64,000 nt of DNA, taken from Blastocatellia bacterium. Its GTDB lineage: Bacteria > Acidobacteriota > Blastocatellia > UBA7656. Both the position numbers and the translations under genes were made by a program. Location of the stretch: contig CAVXWP010000004.1 of the NCBI GenBank assembly GCA_963765495.1, positions 32,001-96,000 on the forward strand, given 5' to 3'. Below the pieces are notes generated by a model. That model was not told the origin of the DNA. It saw only the letters and a program-made list of their open reading frames with translations, and did not search any database. How positions within the stretch are numbered: position 1 is the first letter of the stretch; every line of letters starts with the position of its first letter. Shown here one piece after another: positions 57,102-64,000 of this stretch.

Positions 57102-57626
57102 CTAGGTTCTGGGTGGGAACACTCCCTGAAGAGCTATACAAAAGTAAAAAGTAAGGTACGGCTGCATATTGTTATGGGGCTGGTCGCCGCCCGACGGAGC
57201 TATCGCATTGTCAGACATGCTCACTGTAGGAGTGAGTGTCGTCGAGTAGGCGTTTCCACCCTGCGACCTTGTCAGGTTGACGGCTGAACTCGGCGTGGTG
57301 ACGCTTGCCGAGATAGCGCCCGTATTAAGAGCATGGCTGTGCGCGGGCATCTCGGATTCGAGCAGCGATACCGTCTCCGACCCGCCCGTCTCGCCCAGAT
57401 CGTGAAGCGATAATCCCGGCCCCTGGCCCGGGTGCATCGCCGCCCTGCCCTGCAAATCGGGGAGGGCAAAATTTGATTTGCCGTTGCCTCCATAAGTCGT
57501 CCCGAGCAGCGAGAAGAGAGCCGTGTTCTGGCTGAGCGGCAACAACTGCCCGTCGCACCAGGCCCAGCCTTTTGGCGCGAAGTTGAAAGGAAATATTCTG
57601 ATTTCAGCTACAAACGGATCCGCCAT
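57102..57626 (-). CDS. Phage tail collar domain protein (microcystin-dependent-protein-like), paralog 3
   Basis: PFVAEIRIFPFNFAPKGWAWCDGQLLPLSQNTALFSLLGTTYGG.G...FALPDL.GR; MPAHSH; HNNMQPYL...CIALQGVFP. Confidence 0.92.
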   Translation of the reverse strand: MADPFVAEIRIFPFNFAPKGWAWCDGQLLPLSQNTALFSLLGTTYGGNGKSNFALPDLQGRAAMHPGQGPGLSLHDLGETGGSETVSLLESEMPAHSHALNTGAISASVTTPSSAVNLTRSQGGNAYSTTLTPTVSMSDNAIAPSGGDQPHNNMQPYLTFYFCIALQGVFPPRT

Positions 57627-57732
57627 GATCTCCTCCTTGATACCCGGGCCTCAAGGCCCCGGATATCGAGATGATGTAGTTAGAGAGAAAAATTCTGATC
57701 TCAACAAACAGAGACTGCAAAACCGATCTCCT

Positions 57733-58236
57733 TCATGTGGGCGACGGGAAAATCCCGAACAGTGAGATGATATAGTTTATGCACAGATAGGGCTGAAAGT
57801 TAGTGTGCGGCTGGCTGCCGCCTGTTGACGTAATCGCGCTTGCCGCTGCGGGGATAGTCGGCGATATTACTCTATAGAGAGTTACCGAAGGCGACTGCGA
57901 TACCACATTATTTGTCGGATCGGCCACCGAGCCGATATTTTGGGTAGCCAGGTAGGGGTGAGAGTGCGCCGGCATCTGATTGACTGTAAGAGTCACTTCT
58001 TCCACACCACCCGATTCTGCCAGTATGAACCCGTTCCCCTGATGCACCGGAATCCGGCCTCGCAGATCGGGAAGAGCAAAGGTGCTCTGTCCATCCCCGC
58101 CGTAGGTAGTTCCTATGAGATTGAATAGAGTCTCATTCTCACTTATGGGGAGCAATTGTCCTTCGCAAAACATCCAGCCTGCCGGCGCGAAGTTGCCGGC
58201 GAACATTCTGATTTCACCTACATAAGGTTGCGCCAT
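57733..58236 (-). CDS. Phage tail collar domain protein, paralog 2
   Basis: PYVGEIRMFAGNFAPAGWMFCEGQLL...LIGTTYGGDGQSTFALPDLRGR; MPAHSH; H.N.QPYLCINYIISLFGIFPS. Confidence 0.92.
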   Translation of the reverse strand: MAQPYVGEIRMFAGNFAPAGWMFCEGQLLPISENETLFNLIGTTYGGDGQSTFALPDLRGRIPVHQGNGFILAESGGVEEVTLTVNQMPAHSHPYLATQNIGSVADPTNNVVSQSPSVTLYRVISPTIPAAASAITSTGGSQPHTNFQPYLCINYIISLFGIFPSPT

Positions 58237-58246
58237 ATTTTCCTCC

Positions 58247-58744
58247 TTAGTTGGGCGATGGGAAGATACCTTGAAGAGCTATACAGAAACTGAGCGTCAA
58301 AAACGGCATCATATTTAAATGGGCCTGACTGCCGCCGATATTCCCGACGGTCGTTGAATTCAGAGCCGTCAAGGCAGAAGCCGAATTGTAGACGTTATTT
58401 GCTTTTGCCAGAAGAGCGTTGGTGGCAACGGGCACACCTCCATCGCTTGTCGTGGCCTGCGCCGTATGTACATGGGTCGGGAGTTCGGATATAGAGAGCG
58501 TGTGCGCCTGCTCTCCTCCGCGCTCTCCGAGCGTGTGTCCCGAGCCTACGTGTATAGGCACGCGGGAACGCAGATCGGGCAGGGCGAAGTTCACACGCCC
58601 GTCGCCACCAAAGGTCGTCCCCAGCAGCGAAAACAACGCCTGGTTCTGATTGATAGGCAATAGCTGCCCGTCGCACAGCGCCCATCCCTTGGGTGCGAAC
58701 ACAAAGCTCATGATTCTGATTTCAGACAGAAAAGGTTCCGCCAT
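58247..58744 (-). CDS. Phage tail collar domain protein, paralog 1
   Basis: PFLSEIRIMSFVFAPKGWALCDGQLLPINQNQALFSLLGTTFGGDG..NFALPDLR; LPTHVH; HLNMMPFL...CIALQGIFPS. Start at ATG 58744 behind AAGGAGG. Confidence 0.92.
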   Translation of the reverse strand: MAEPFLSEIRIMSFVFAPKGWALCDGQLLPINQNQALFSLLGTTFGGDGRVNFALPDLRSRVPIHVGSGHTLGERGGEQAHTLSISELPTHVHTAQATTSDGGVPVATNALLAKANNVYNSASALTALNSTTVGNIGGSQAHLNMMPFLTLSFCIALQGIFPSPN

Positions 58745-58933
58745 ACTTTTCCCTCCTTTAGCATGGGTCCTGACTAGAGTCTGGTGAGTAACTGAAGCCG
58801 GGGTAAAGAAGCCGGCCAAAAAGATGAATATTTGAAGCCTGGGCAGTAAGCGCCTTACTATTCAACGCTCGCACTCTCCTGAGAAGGCAGAAAGGTTGAT
58901 TCTCAACTGAACAATTCCCTGTTGGGCGGAGCG

Positions 58934-58962
58934 ATTCTATAGCTAAGTAATTTCCATGTCAA
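58934..58962 (-). promoter_or_regulatory. sigma70 promoter of the tail-collar operon
   Basis: Minus strand TTGACA-17 bp-TAGAAT. Confidence 0.7.
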
Positions 58963-59131
58963 GCAAATATGAATTTCATGACAAGAAAACTCTTGAAAAT
59001 TTTTGCGATATTCTTCTTAATTAGGCCGAAGCAACCAGCCAACTTGCCCCAGGTTACCAAACCCGCCCCTCGACCCCGCGACAGACTTCCCCCACAAATC
59101 AATCATCAGGCTAAATTATGAGGATATTTGA

Positions 59132-59602
59132 ATGTCAATTTCACGAAGAAGTTTTCTAATAAAAGGATCAATGGCAGGTCTTTCCTCCGCGCTCTTTCTG
59201 AGCGTCACCACAAACGCCTTCGGACAAAGAGGTCGGACCAGAGACGATAAGGCTGGATTTCCTATTCCAAAAGATGTCGAACACGATCCGCTCAACGCTC
59301 TCACCATGGAGATGTTTGCCAAGAATAAGTACTCGAAGTTCTACATCCACGTGAATGACTCAACGGTTGTGGAAATGGAGTTGATCGAAATCACGGAGGG
59401 ACCTTCCGAGCAAAGCGATTTGCTCGAAGGCTTCATGCTGGGATTCCACACCCACGGGGAAAAGACCGTCGGGCAAGGAACCTACAAGATAAAACATGGA
59501 AAGTTGGGAGAGTTCGAGATGTTTCTGGTCCCAAGCTACTGGGATATGTACGGAGTGGATTACGTAGCAGTATTCAATCGCTTGCGCCCTTCCGGCAAAT
59601 AA
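59132..59602 (+). CDS. DUF6916-like protein with twin-arginine (Tat) signal peptide
   Basis: MSISRRSFLIKG + hydrophobic stretch + NAFG; C-terminal F.L.F...QGTY..KH..LG.F..FLVP...Y.AVFN. Confidence 0.82.
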   Translation: MSISRRSFLIKGSMAGLSSALFLSVTTNAFGQRGRTRDDKAGFPIPKDVEHDPLNALTMEMFAKNKYSKFYIHVNDSTVVEMELIEITEGPSEQSDLLEGFMLGFHTHGEKTVGQGTYKIKHGKLGEFEMFLVPSYWDMYGVDYVAVFNRLRPSGK

Positions 59603-59645
59603 AACTCGGCGGATAAAATGACGCTCACATAATGCTCCCCTATTA

Positions 59646-59696
59646 CTACGCCGGACACGTTCTTCTTTTATAAGGGGAAGAACGTGTCCGGCGTAG
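59646..59696. terminator. Perfect 20-bp hairpin between convergent genes
   Basis: CTACGCCGGACACGTTCTTC / GAAGAACGTGTCCGGCGTAG. Confidence 0.65.
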
Positions 59697-59770
59697 CGTT
59701 TTACTAGGCCGCTCAGCAAAGACCGGTATCAGGCTGTAATCGAAGGCGGAACGGATCATTGAAGGCTCAT

Positions 59771-60298
59771 TTAGCCCGTCGAATCGGCGACCTCTTGCCC
59801 GCTTTTGTCTGAATTCCATTCCATTTGAAAACTCGCTCCATATTCGCCTATCTGCGTAAAACCCAATCGCTCAAAAAGGTGGAGGGCCGGGCTAAAGCTT
59901 TCGACATAGATGCGAACGGGGCGACCCGACGCCTCGGCTTCGGCCATCAGTTCTTTGATGAGCGGAGTCCCAATACCGCGATTGCGATACGCAAGCAGCA
60001 GAGAGATGTCGAGTATGCGAATCTCTCCTTCGCCTTTTGCAAGATAAAGGCGTCCGACCGGAGTTTGATCCAGCATTATTACCCGCAGGTCCGCGTATGG
60101 GAACTTCATCAGGTAGAAATCCTGTTGAGCCTTGAACTGCAACTTCAGAAAGGCTTCGCGCTGCGCGTCATTCCAGGGTACGACGGATAATTCCTCGATC
60201 CGCGTACTGGCGTAAACATCAAGCAAAAAGGCTTCATCGTCGGGTTTGATCGGGCGGGTGGTCACTGACATAGAATTTTCGCGCATGGATTGATCCAT
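59771..60298 (-). CDS. GNAT family N-acetyltransferase (tail-collar-associated type)
   Basis: DEAFL..VYASTR.EEL...W...QREAFLKLQF.AQ...Y...P; PVGRLY; ILDISLL..YRNRGIGT; LFERLGF. Confidence 0.9.
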   Translation of the reverse strand: MDQSMRENSMSVTTRPIKPDDEAFLLDVYASTRIEELSVVPWNDAQREAFLKLQFKAQQDFYLMKFPYADLRVIMLDQTPVGRLYLAKGEGEIRILDISLLLAYRNRGIGTPLIKELMAEAEASGRPVRIYVESFSPALHLFERLGFTQIGEYGASFQMEWNSDKSGQEVADSTG

Positions 60299-60327
60299 CC
60301 CATATTAATCTATTTAATCTGCTCTAT

Positions 60328-60627
60328 TTAATCTTCGGGCGGATTGTTAAAGATCGCCTGGTAATAGAGCCCCTTCCCGTCCTTGCGAATAGGGACCAGA
60401 AACAGGTCGTGCGAGCCGACCTCGTCGTGCTCGATTCTGTAGACGCCCTGAGCAGGCGGCGAATCCTGTGGGGCACAAAACACGAGTGAAAACTGATCGT
60501 CTCCGTGCGGGCCGACCTCTTTTACTTCGACCAGTTCGATTTCGCGCGCTTCGGACCCTTGATGCTGCATACTGAATTTGGCGTTTATGTGTCCGTCAAA
60601 CGTAGCTTTTTTCAGGGTGTCAGACAT
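60328..60627 (-). CDS. DUF6916-like protein, no signal peptide
   Basis: IELVEV...FSLVF....QGVYRIEH..VG...LFLVPI.....YYQAIFN. Confidence 0.85.
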   Translation of the reverse strand: MSDTLKKATFDGHINAKFSMQHQGSEAREIELVEVKEVGPHGDDQFSLVFCAPQDSPPAQGVYRIEHDEVGSHDLFLVPIRKDGKGLYYQAIFNNPPED

Positions 60628-60729
60628 AGTGGATTTTCTCCAGTTTGTGGATTTTCTCTAGTTTGAGGCCGGGGCTTTCAAACCCTGTGCCTGGTGTTTT
60701 CGACCGGGGCGGCGCCCGATCATAGTTAA

Positions 60730-61200
60730 TCAGGTATCGGGAAACCATTTCATCTCGAAATGGGTATCGTTTTCGTCAACCCGCGCAAAACCCAGCCGCT
60801 CGTAGAGGCGAAGGGCAGAATTTGTCTTTTCCACGTGCAGCAGGACGGGTTTACCTGTCTTGCGGGCTTCGTCCTGCAAATCCCGAATCAAACCGCTGCC
60901 AACTCCCCCGCCTTGATGTTTCGGCAGCAGGGCTATATCGACAAGCAGAATTTCACGATCATTTCTTAAGACGTAGAGCCTGCCGATCTTTTCGCCGTCA
61001 AGGATGATGATATGGTGGTCAGCGCCCTTGAACTGACGTTTGTAATGGCCGGTTCTGGCCGTAAATTGCATCTTCAGAAACATCTCGCGCTGGGCGTCGG
61101 CCCATCCCCAGGTAGCCATCTCCTGATTGCGCGTGCTGGCATACAACTCATACAGGAATGCCTCGTCCTCTGTACCGGCAGGCCGCAAAGTTACAGGCAT
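60730..61200 (-). CDS. GNAT family N-acetyltransferase (tail-collar-associated type), second paralog
   Basis: LRPA...DEAFLYELYASTR..E...W...QREMFLKMQF.AR...Y; IGRLYV; LVDIALLPKHQGGGVGS; LYERLGF. Confidence 0.9.
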   Translation of the reverse strand: MPVTLRPAGTEDEAFLYELYASTRNQEMATWGWADAQREMFLKMQFTARTGHYKRQFKGADHHIIILDGEKIGRLYVLRNDREILLVDIALLPKHQGGGVGSGLIRDLQDEARKTGKPVLLHVEKTNSALRLYERLGFARVDENDTHFEMKWFPDT

Positions 61201-61262
61201 ATAAACATTCGTCCTCAAGAGCAAATAAAGATTCCGTGTTCTTCGTTATATATGGATTGAAG

Positions 61263-61342
61263 ATGGTATTTTTTCGGCGAAGAGATGTCAAGCCAGCCGG
61301 TCAAATAAGATTATTGACTTCTTATTTGTCCAGGAGTAATGT
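61263..61342. promoter_or_regulatory. Divergent sigma70 promoter pair (GNAT/DUF6916 operon and the 61720 gene)
   Basis: Minus strand TTGACA(61291-86)-17-TACCAT; plus strand TTGACT(61314-19)-17-TAATGT. Confidence 0.55.
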
Positions 61343-61719
61343 AGTGCGGTTAAAAGATTTATTTGGGTTTGGCAGTCTAGTTTTTTGTAGTACCTGCTCT
61401 GATTATACGGCATCTGCTCACAGATGTTTTGACGCCTTCGAAACAGCCTGGCAAGATGCCGTAAACCAATTGTTTTCCAACCTCGAAAGAGTTAGCCTGT
61501 CAAGGAGATGCGGCGGGCGGTAATTCCGGGGGTAACCTTAGAATGCCGGCGTAATTCGTCGTTACGCTCCCACAATCTTAGTGAACCGCCCCGGACAGGA
61601 CGCAGAACCTTGTGTCAGCGCATAGCAGCTACCCGTAGCATTCCTCGCCTCTCTGCGCGAAGGATGCAAAACGTTAGATCGGTTGGCGCTCCAGATACAC
61701 ATATAAAAGGAGAATTAGG

Positions 61720-62775
61720 ATGACCAAGAAGCCTGTAAAGCACAGTAAGGCTCTAATTGCACTCGAAGTAGCTCTGATGGGATTGTTATGTTGGGCGGTT
61801 TTGTCGAGCAATCTTACCAACCAGCCGGGCAATACCGTTCAAGCCGGAAATTCGGAAATAAATGCAATCTCGGGACAGAAGCAGAGGCACGTGCCACCAG
61901 AAGGAACTCCTAGGAAAAAATCCAGGGATATCATAGCCCAGCTCGGCACCCCGGGCGCCTGCTCTGAATTCGATTTTCAGAACGGCGCTCAGGGGTTCAC
62001 GACGCAAATGGTATCGGGCACGCAATTGTGGCACATTGCAAACGGCACCTGCCGCGCAAACCTTGCCGGACACACAACGCCCTTCACCTTCTATTATGGT
62101 CAGGAGGGAACCTGTAATTACAACACGGGTGCCCGGAACGCTGCGAACCTGATCTCTCCCTCAATCAGCCTCTCGGGGCTATTCCCTCCCTACACGATAG
62201 GCTTTAACTACCTGTTATTTGTGGAGAGCAGCAGTAGCTTCGACACGACCTTCGTTGATCTTTCGACCGACGGCGGCGCGACCTGGACGCCTGTGCTCAG
62301 CAAAGCCAATATGTTTAATGACAATCAGTGGCACAATATAGGGACCGACGTGACGGCAGTCATAGGCGGGGCGACTTCGATCAATTTGCGCTTCAGGTTC
62401 GATTCCGTCGATAACCTCGTCAACAGTTCGACCGGCTGGCACGTGGATGATGTTCTGGTCTGCGGCAATCCATTCGATGTTTGCGTACAGGATGACACTA
62501 ACGGGAACATACTGCAATTCAATTCACAGAGTGGAAACTACATCTTTACGCAGTGCAGCAACGGCACAACTATTACGGGGACAGGCACGGTAACGACCAG
62601 CGGATGCTTTATCACGCTGGTGCATAACCTGGCCAGTATGCGGCTTTCGGCAACTGTAAATACCTGCCAGAGCACCGGCAACGCAACCTTGTCTATGAGC
62701 ATACCGCGCGGGGTTAAGATATTGACTATCAAAGACACGGACACTACAAACAACACCTGTACCTGTCCTTTGTGA
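61720..62775 (+). CDS. Secreted protein with MAM/jelly-roll-like domain and Cys-rich C-terminal domain
   Basis: N-terminal TM/signal; LISPSISL...VDLSTDGGATW...LRFRFDS...GWHVDDV; C-terminal FDVCVQDD...TTNNTCTCP. AAGGAG RBS. Confidence 0.85.
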   Translation: MTKKPVKHSKALIALEVALMGLLCWAVLSSNLTNQPGNTVQAGNSEINAISGQKQRHVPPEGTPRKKSRDIIAQLGTPGACSEFDFQNGAQGFTTQMVSGTQLWHIANGTCRANLAGHTTPFTFYYGQEGTCNYNTGARNAANLISPSISLSGLFPPYTIGFNYLLFVESSSSFDTTFVDLSTDGGATWTPVLSKANMFNDNQWHNIGTDVTAVIGGATSINLRFRFDSVDNLVNSSTGWHVDDVLVCGNPFDVCVQDDTNGNILQFNSQSGNYIFTQCSNGTTITGTGTVTTSGCFITLVHNLASMRLSATVNTCQSTGNATLSMSIPRGVKILTIKDTDTTNNTCTCPL

Positions 62776-62814
62776 GTGCCCTATGCTTCCGTAACTAACT
62801 GTCTTACCGATAAC

Positions 62815-62853
62815 AAAAAGAGGACCGGTTCTGTGAATTCGGTCCTCTTTTTT
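62815..62853 (+). terminator. Rho-independent (bidirectional-type) terminator
   Basis: AAAAAGAGGACCG...CGGTCCTCTTTTTT. Confidence 0.85.
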
Positions 62854-62968
62854 GAAGTGATTATTCTGATAAACGGGCTTCGGCCTGAAACAAGTATCAC
62901 CCTATGCTTTCTACTCTCTCTTAATCTGATGATACTTCCAATATTTAAGATGGCAGAGGGAATTCTAC

Positions 62969-63112
62969 CAGCAATTCTCGGTTTAGAAATTCTGTCTTAA
63001 CAAAAAGTGAACCACGAAATACACGAAGCACACGAAATAGAAGAATTATTCGTGTATTTAGTGTGTTTCGTGGTATATCCCGGTGCGATTTCCTCTAAAC
63101 CGAGAATTGCTG
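62969..63112. mobile_element. MITE-like element (144 bp) with perfect 19-bp terminal inverted repeats
   Basis: CAGCAATTCTCGGTTTAGA (62969-87) and TCTAAACCGAGAATTGCTG (63094-112) enclose the palindrome ACCACGAAATACACGAAGCACACGAA...TTCGTGTATTTAGTGTGTTTCGTGGT. No ORF. Confidence 0.65.
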
Positions 63113-63180
63113 TAATACAGATGACTCTATAATGGAAGCGGTTGGGCCAAATCGTAAGCGGTAAATTTACGTTAGAAGAT

Positions 63181-63846
63181 ATGAAAGCTAAACTTCATTC
63201 TACTCCTCCTTCTATATCTGACTTTCGCCTGCTTGAGACTATGCGAGTATCAACGGTTGGTGATGTATACCTTTTGGGCCGCCATCTGGAAAGATTGCGT
63301 GACTCGGCGCGATACTTCGGCTTTGAGTGCAACCTGCAACAGATCGCAGACATGATTTCTAACTCGATCACTAAAGCTATTAAGCCCGCGTGCCTTCGCT
63401 TGCTGCTTTCTTACAATGGCAGTTGCGAATTGGAATTCTCTCCGCTTCCGTCCGGCAAACTCCGCCGCCTTCAATTATCAGCAATAAGAGTAGACAGTAG
63501 AGATCCGTTTATTCACCACAAAACTTCTAATCGCCAAATTTATGATGAGGCCCGCAAAAGGTGTGATGCTTGGACCGAACCTCTGCTCGTCAACGAGCGC
63601 GGTGAGGTAACAGAGACATCAATCGCTAATATTGCCCTGAAGCGAGGAACACGATGGGTCACACCGAGAGTTTCTTGCGGCTTGTTGCCAGGCACCCTTC
63701 GTGCTGAATTACTTGCTGTTGGTGACATAGTTGAAGGGATAGTATGTATAAATGAATTGGCAGAGGGTGAAAAGGTTCGATGCTTTAACTCTGTGCGCGG
63801 TATATTTGACCTGCCGCTGCTATTGTCTGAATGTGGCGAGAGGTAG
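63181..63846 (+). CDS. Class IV aminotransferase / 4-amino-4-deoxychorismate lyase-like (PabC)
   Basis: LLETMR, HLERLRDSA.YFGF, HKTSNR (PLP lysine), NERGEVTE.SIAN, TP...CGLLPGTLR, NSVRG. Confidence 0.88.
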   Translation: MKAKLHSTPPSISDFRLLETMRVSTVGDVYLLGRHLERLRDSARYFGFECNLQQIADMISNSITKAIKPACLRLLLSYNGSCELEFSPLPSGKLRRLQLSAIRVDSRDPFIHHKTSNRQIYDEARKRCDAWTEPLLVNERGEVTETSIANIALKRGTRWVTPRVSCGLLPGTLRAELLAVGDIVEGIVCINELAEGEKVRCFNSVRGIFDLPLLLSECGER

Positions 63847-64000
63847 TGAGCGCAAATAGCAGAGGGCATGACAGACCTGACGTATCAGGAGCTTTGCGAA
63901 TCAGGAGGTTTGCGAATCAGGAGGCCGCATCACGGCCCGGGCCGCTGAATCTATTGCACGGCGCAAGGCGAAAGCCTTGTCGAGCGTTTCTGTGTACTCC

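Noticed and set aside
57102-58744. Prophage or contractile injection system
   Set aside because: Only collar-domain genes are present, with no structural, packaging, lysis or integrase genes in the window.
60629-60665. 18-bp tandem duplication GTGGATTTTCTC(C/T)AGTTT upstream of the DUF6916 gene
   Set aside because: Two copies only, most simply a slippage duplication of the RBS region.
63884-63924. 16-bp tandem repeat ATCAGGAG(C/G)TTTGCGA
   Set aside because: About 2.5 copies with no spacers, at the window edge; cannot be interpreted.

Overview
Bacterial chromosomal window. Gene content and protein styles suggest Acidobacteriota, probably Blastocatellia-like (inference). 1-24.4 kb is a patchy accessory region: an internally deleted CHAT/NTPase/TPR-type gene, secreted proteins, a wHTH-TolB-TPR regulator, a GNAT gene flanked by integron attC-like arms, an AP2-domain gene, an OPT transporter, GH130, a DIP1984-family gene followed by a ~240-nt highly structured non-coding region, class II RNR, a MerR cassette, gene remnants and a sigma54-like CBS/CBS/DksA cluster. 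24.7-40.1 kb is housekeeping: cysM-JAB-(Ubl-MoeB-rhodanese fusion), glcD-like, tmRNA, murI, rph, ClC, hisZ-hisG-hisD/hisC fusion-hisB-hisH and an HNH gene, punctuated by palindromic 7-bp and 9-bp tandem-repeat elements. 40.4-62.8 kb is a surface-structure locus: two paralogous giant secreted beta-helix/DUF11 proteins (3361 and 1775 aa), three phage-tail-collar paralogs, two DUF6916-like proteins (one with a Tat signal), two GNATs and a secreted protein sharing a Cys-rich C-terminal domain with the giant. No other phage genes are present. The strongest candidates for undescribed systems are (i) the DIP1984 gene plus downstream structured RNA and (ii) the tail-collar/DUF6916/GNAT/giant-adhesin module. 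All family assignments come from motif recognition by eye; no database searches were run.
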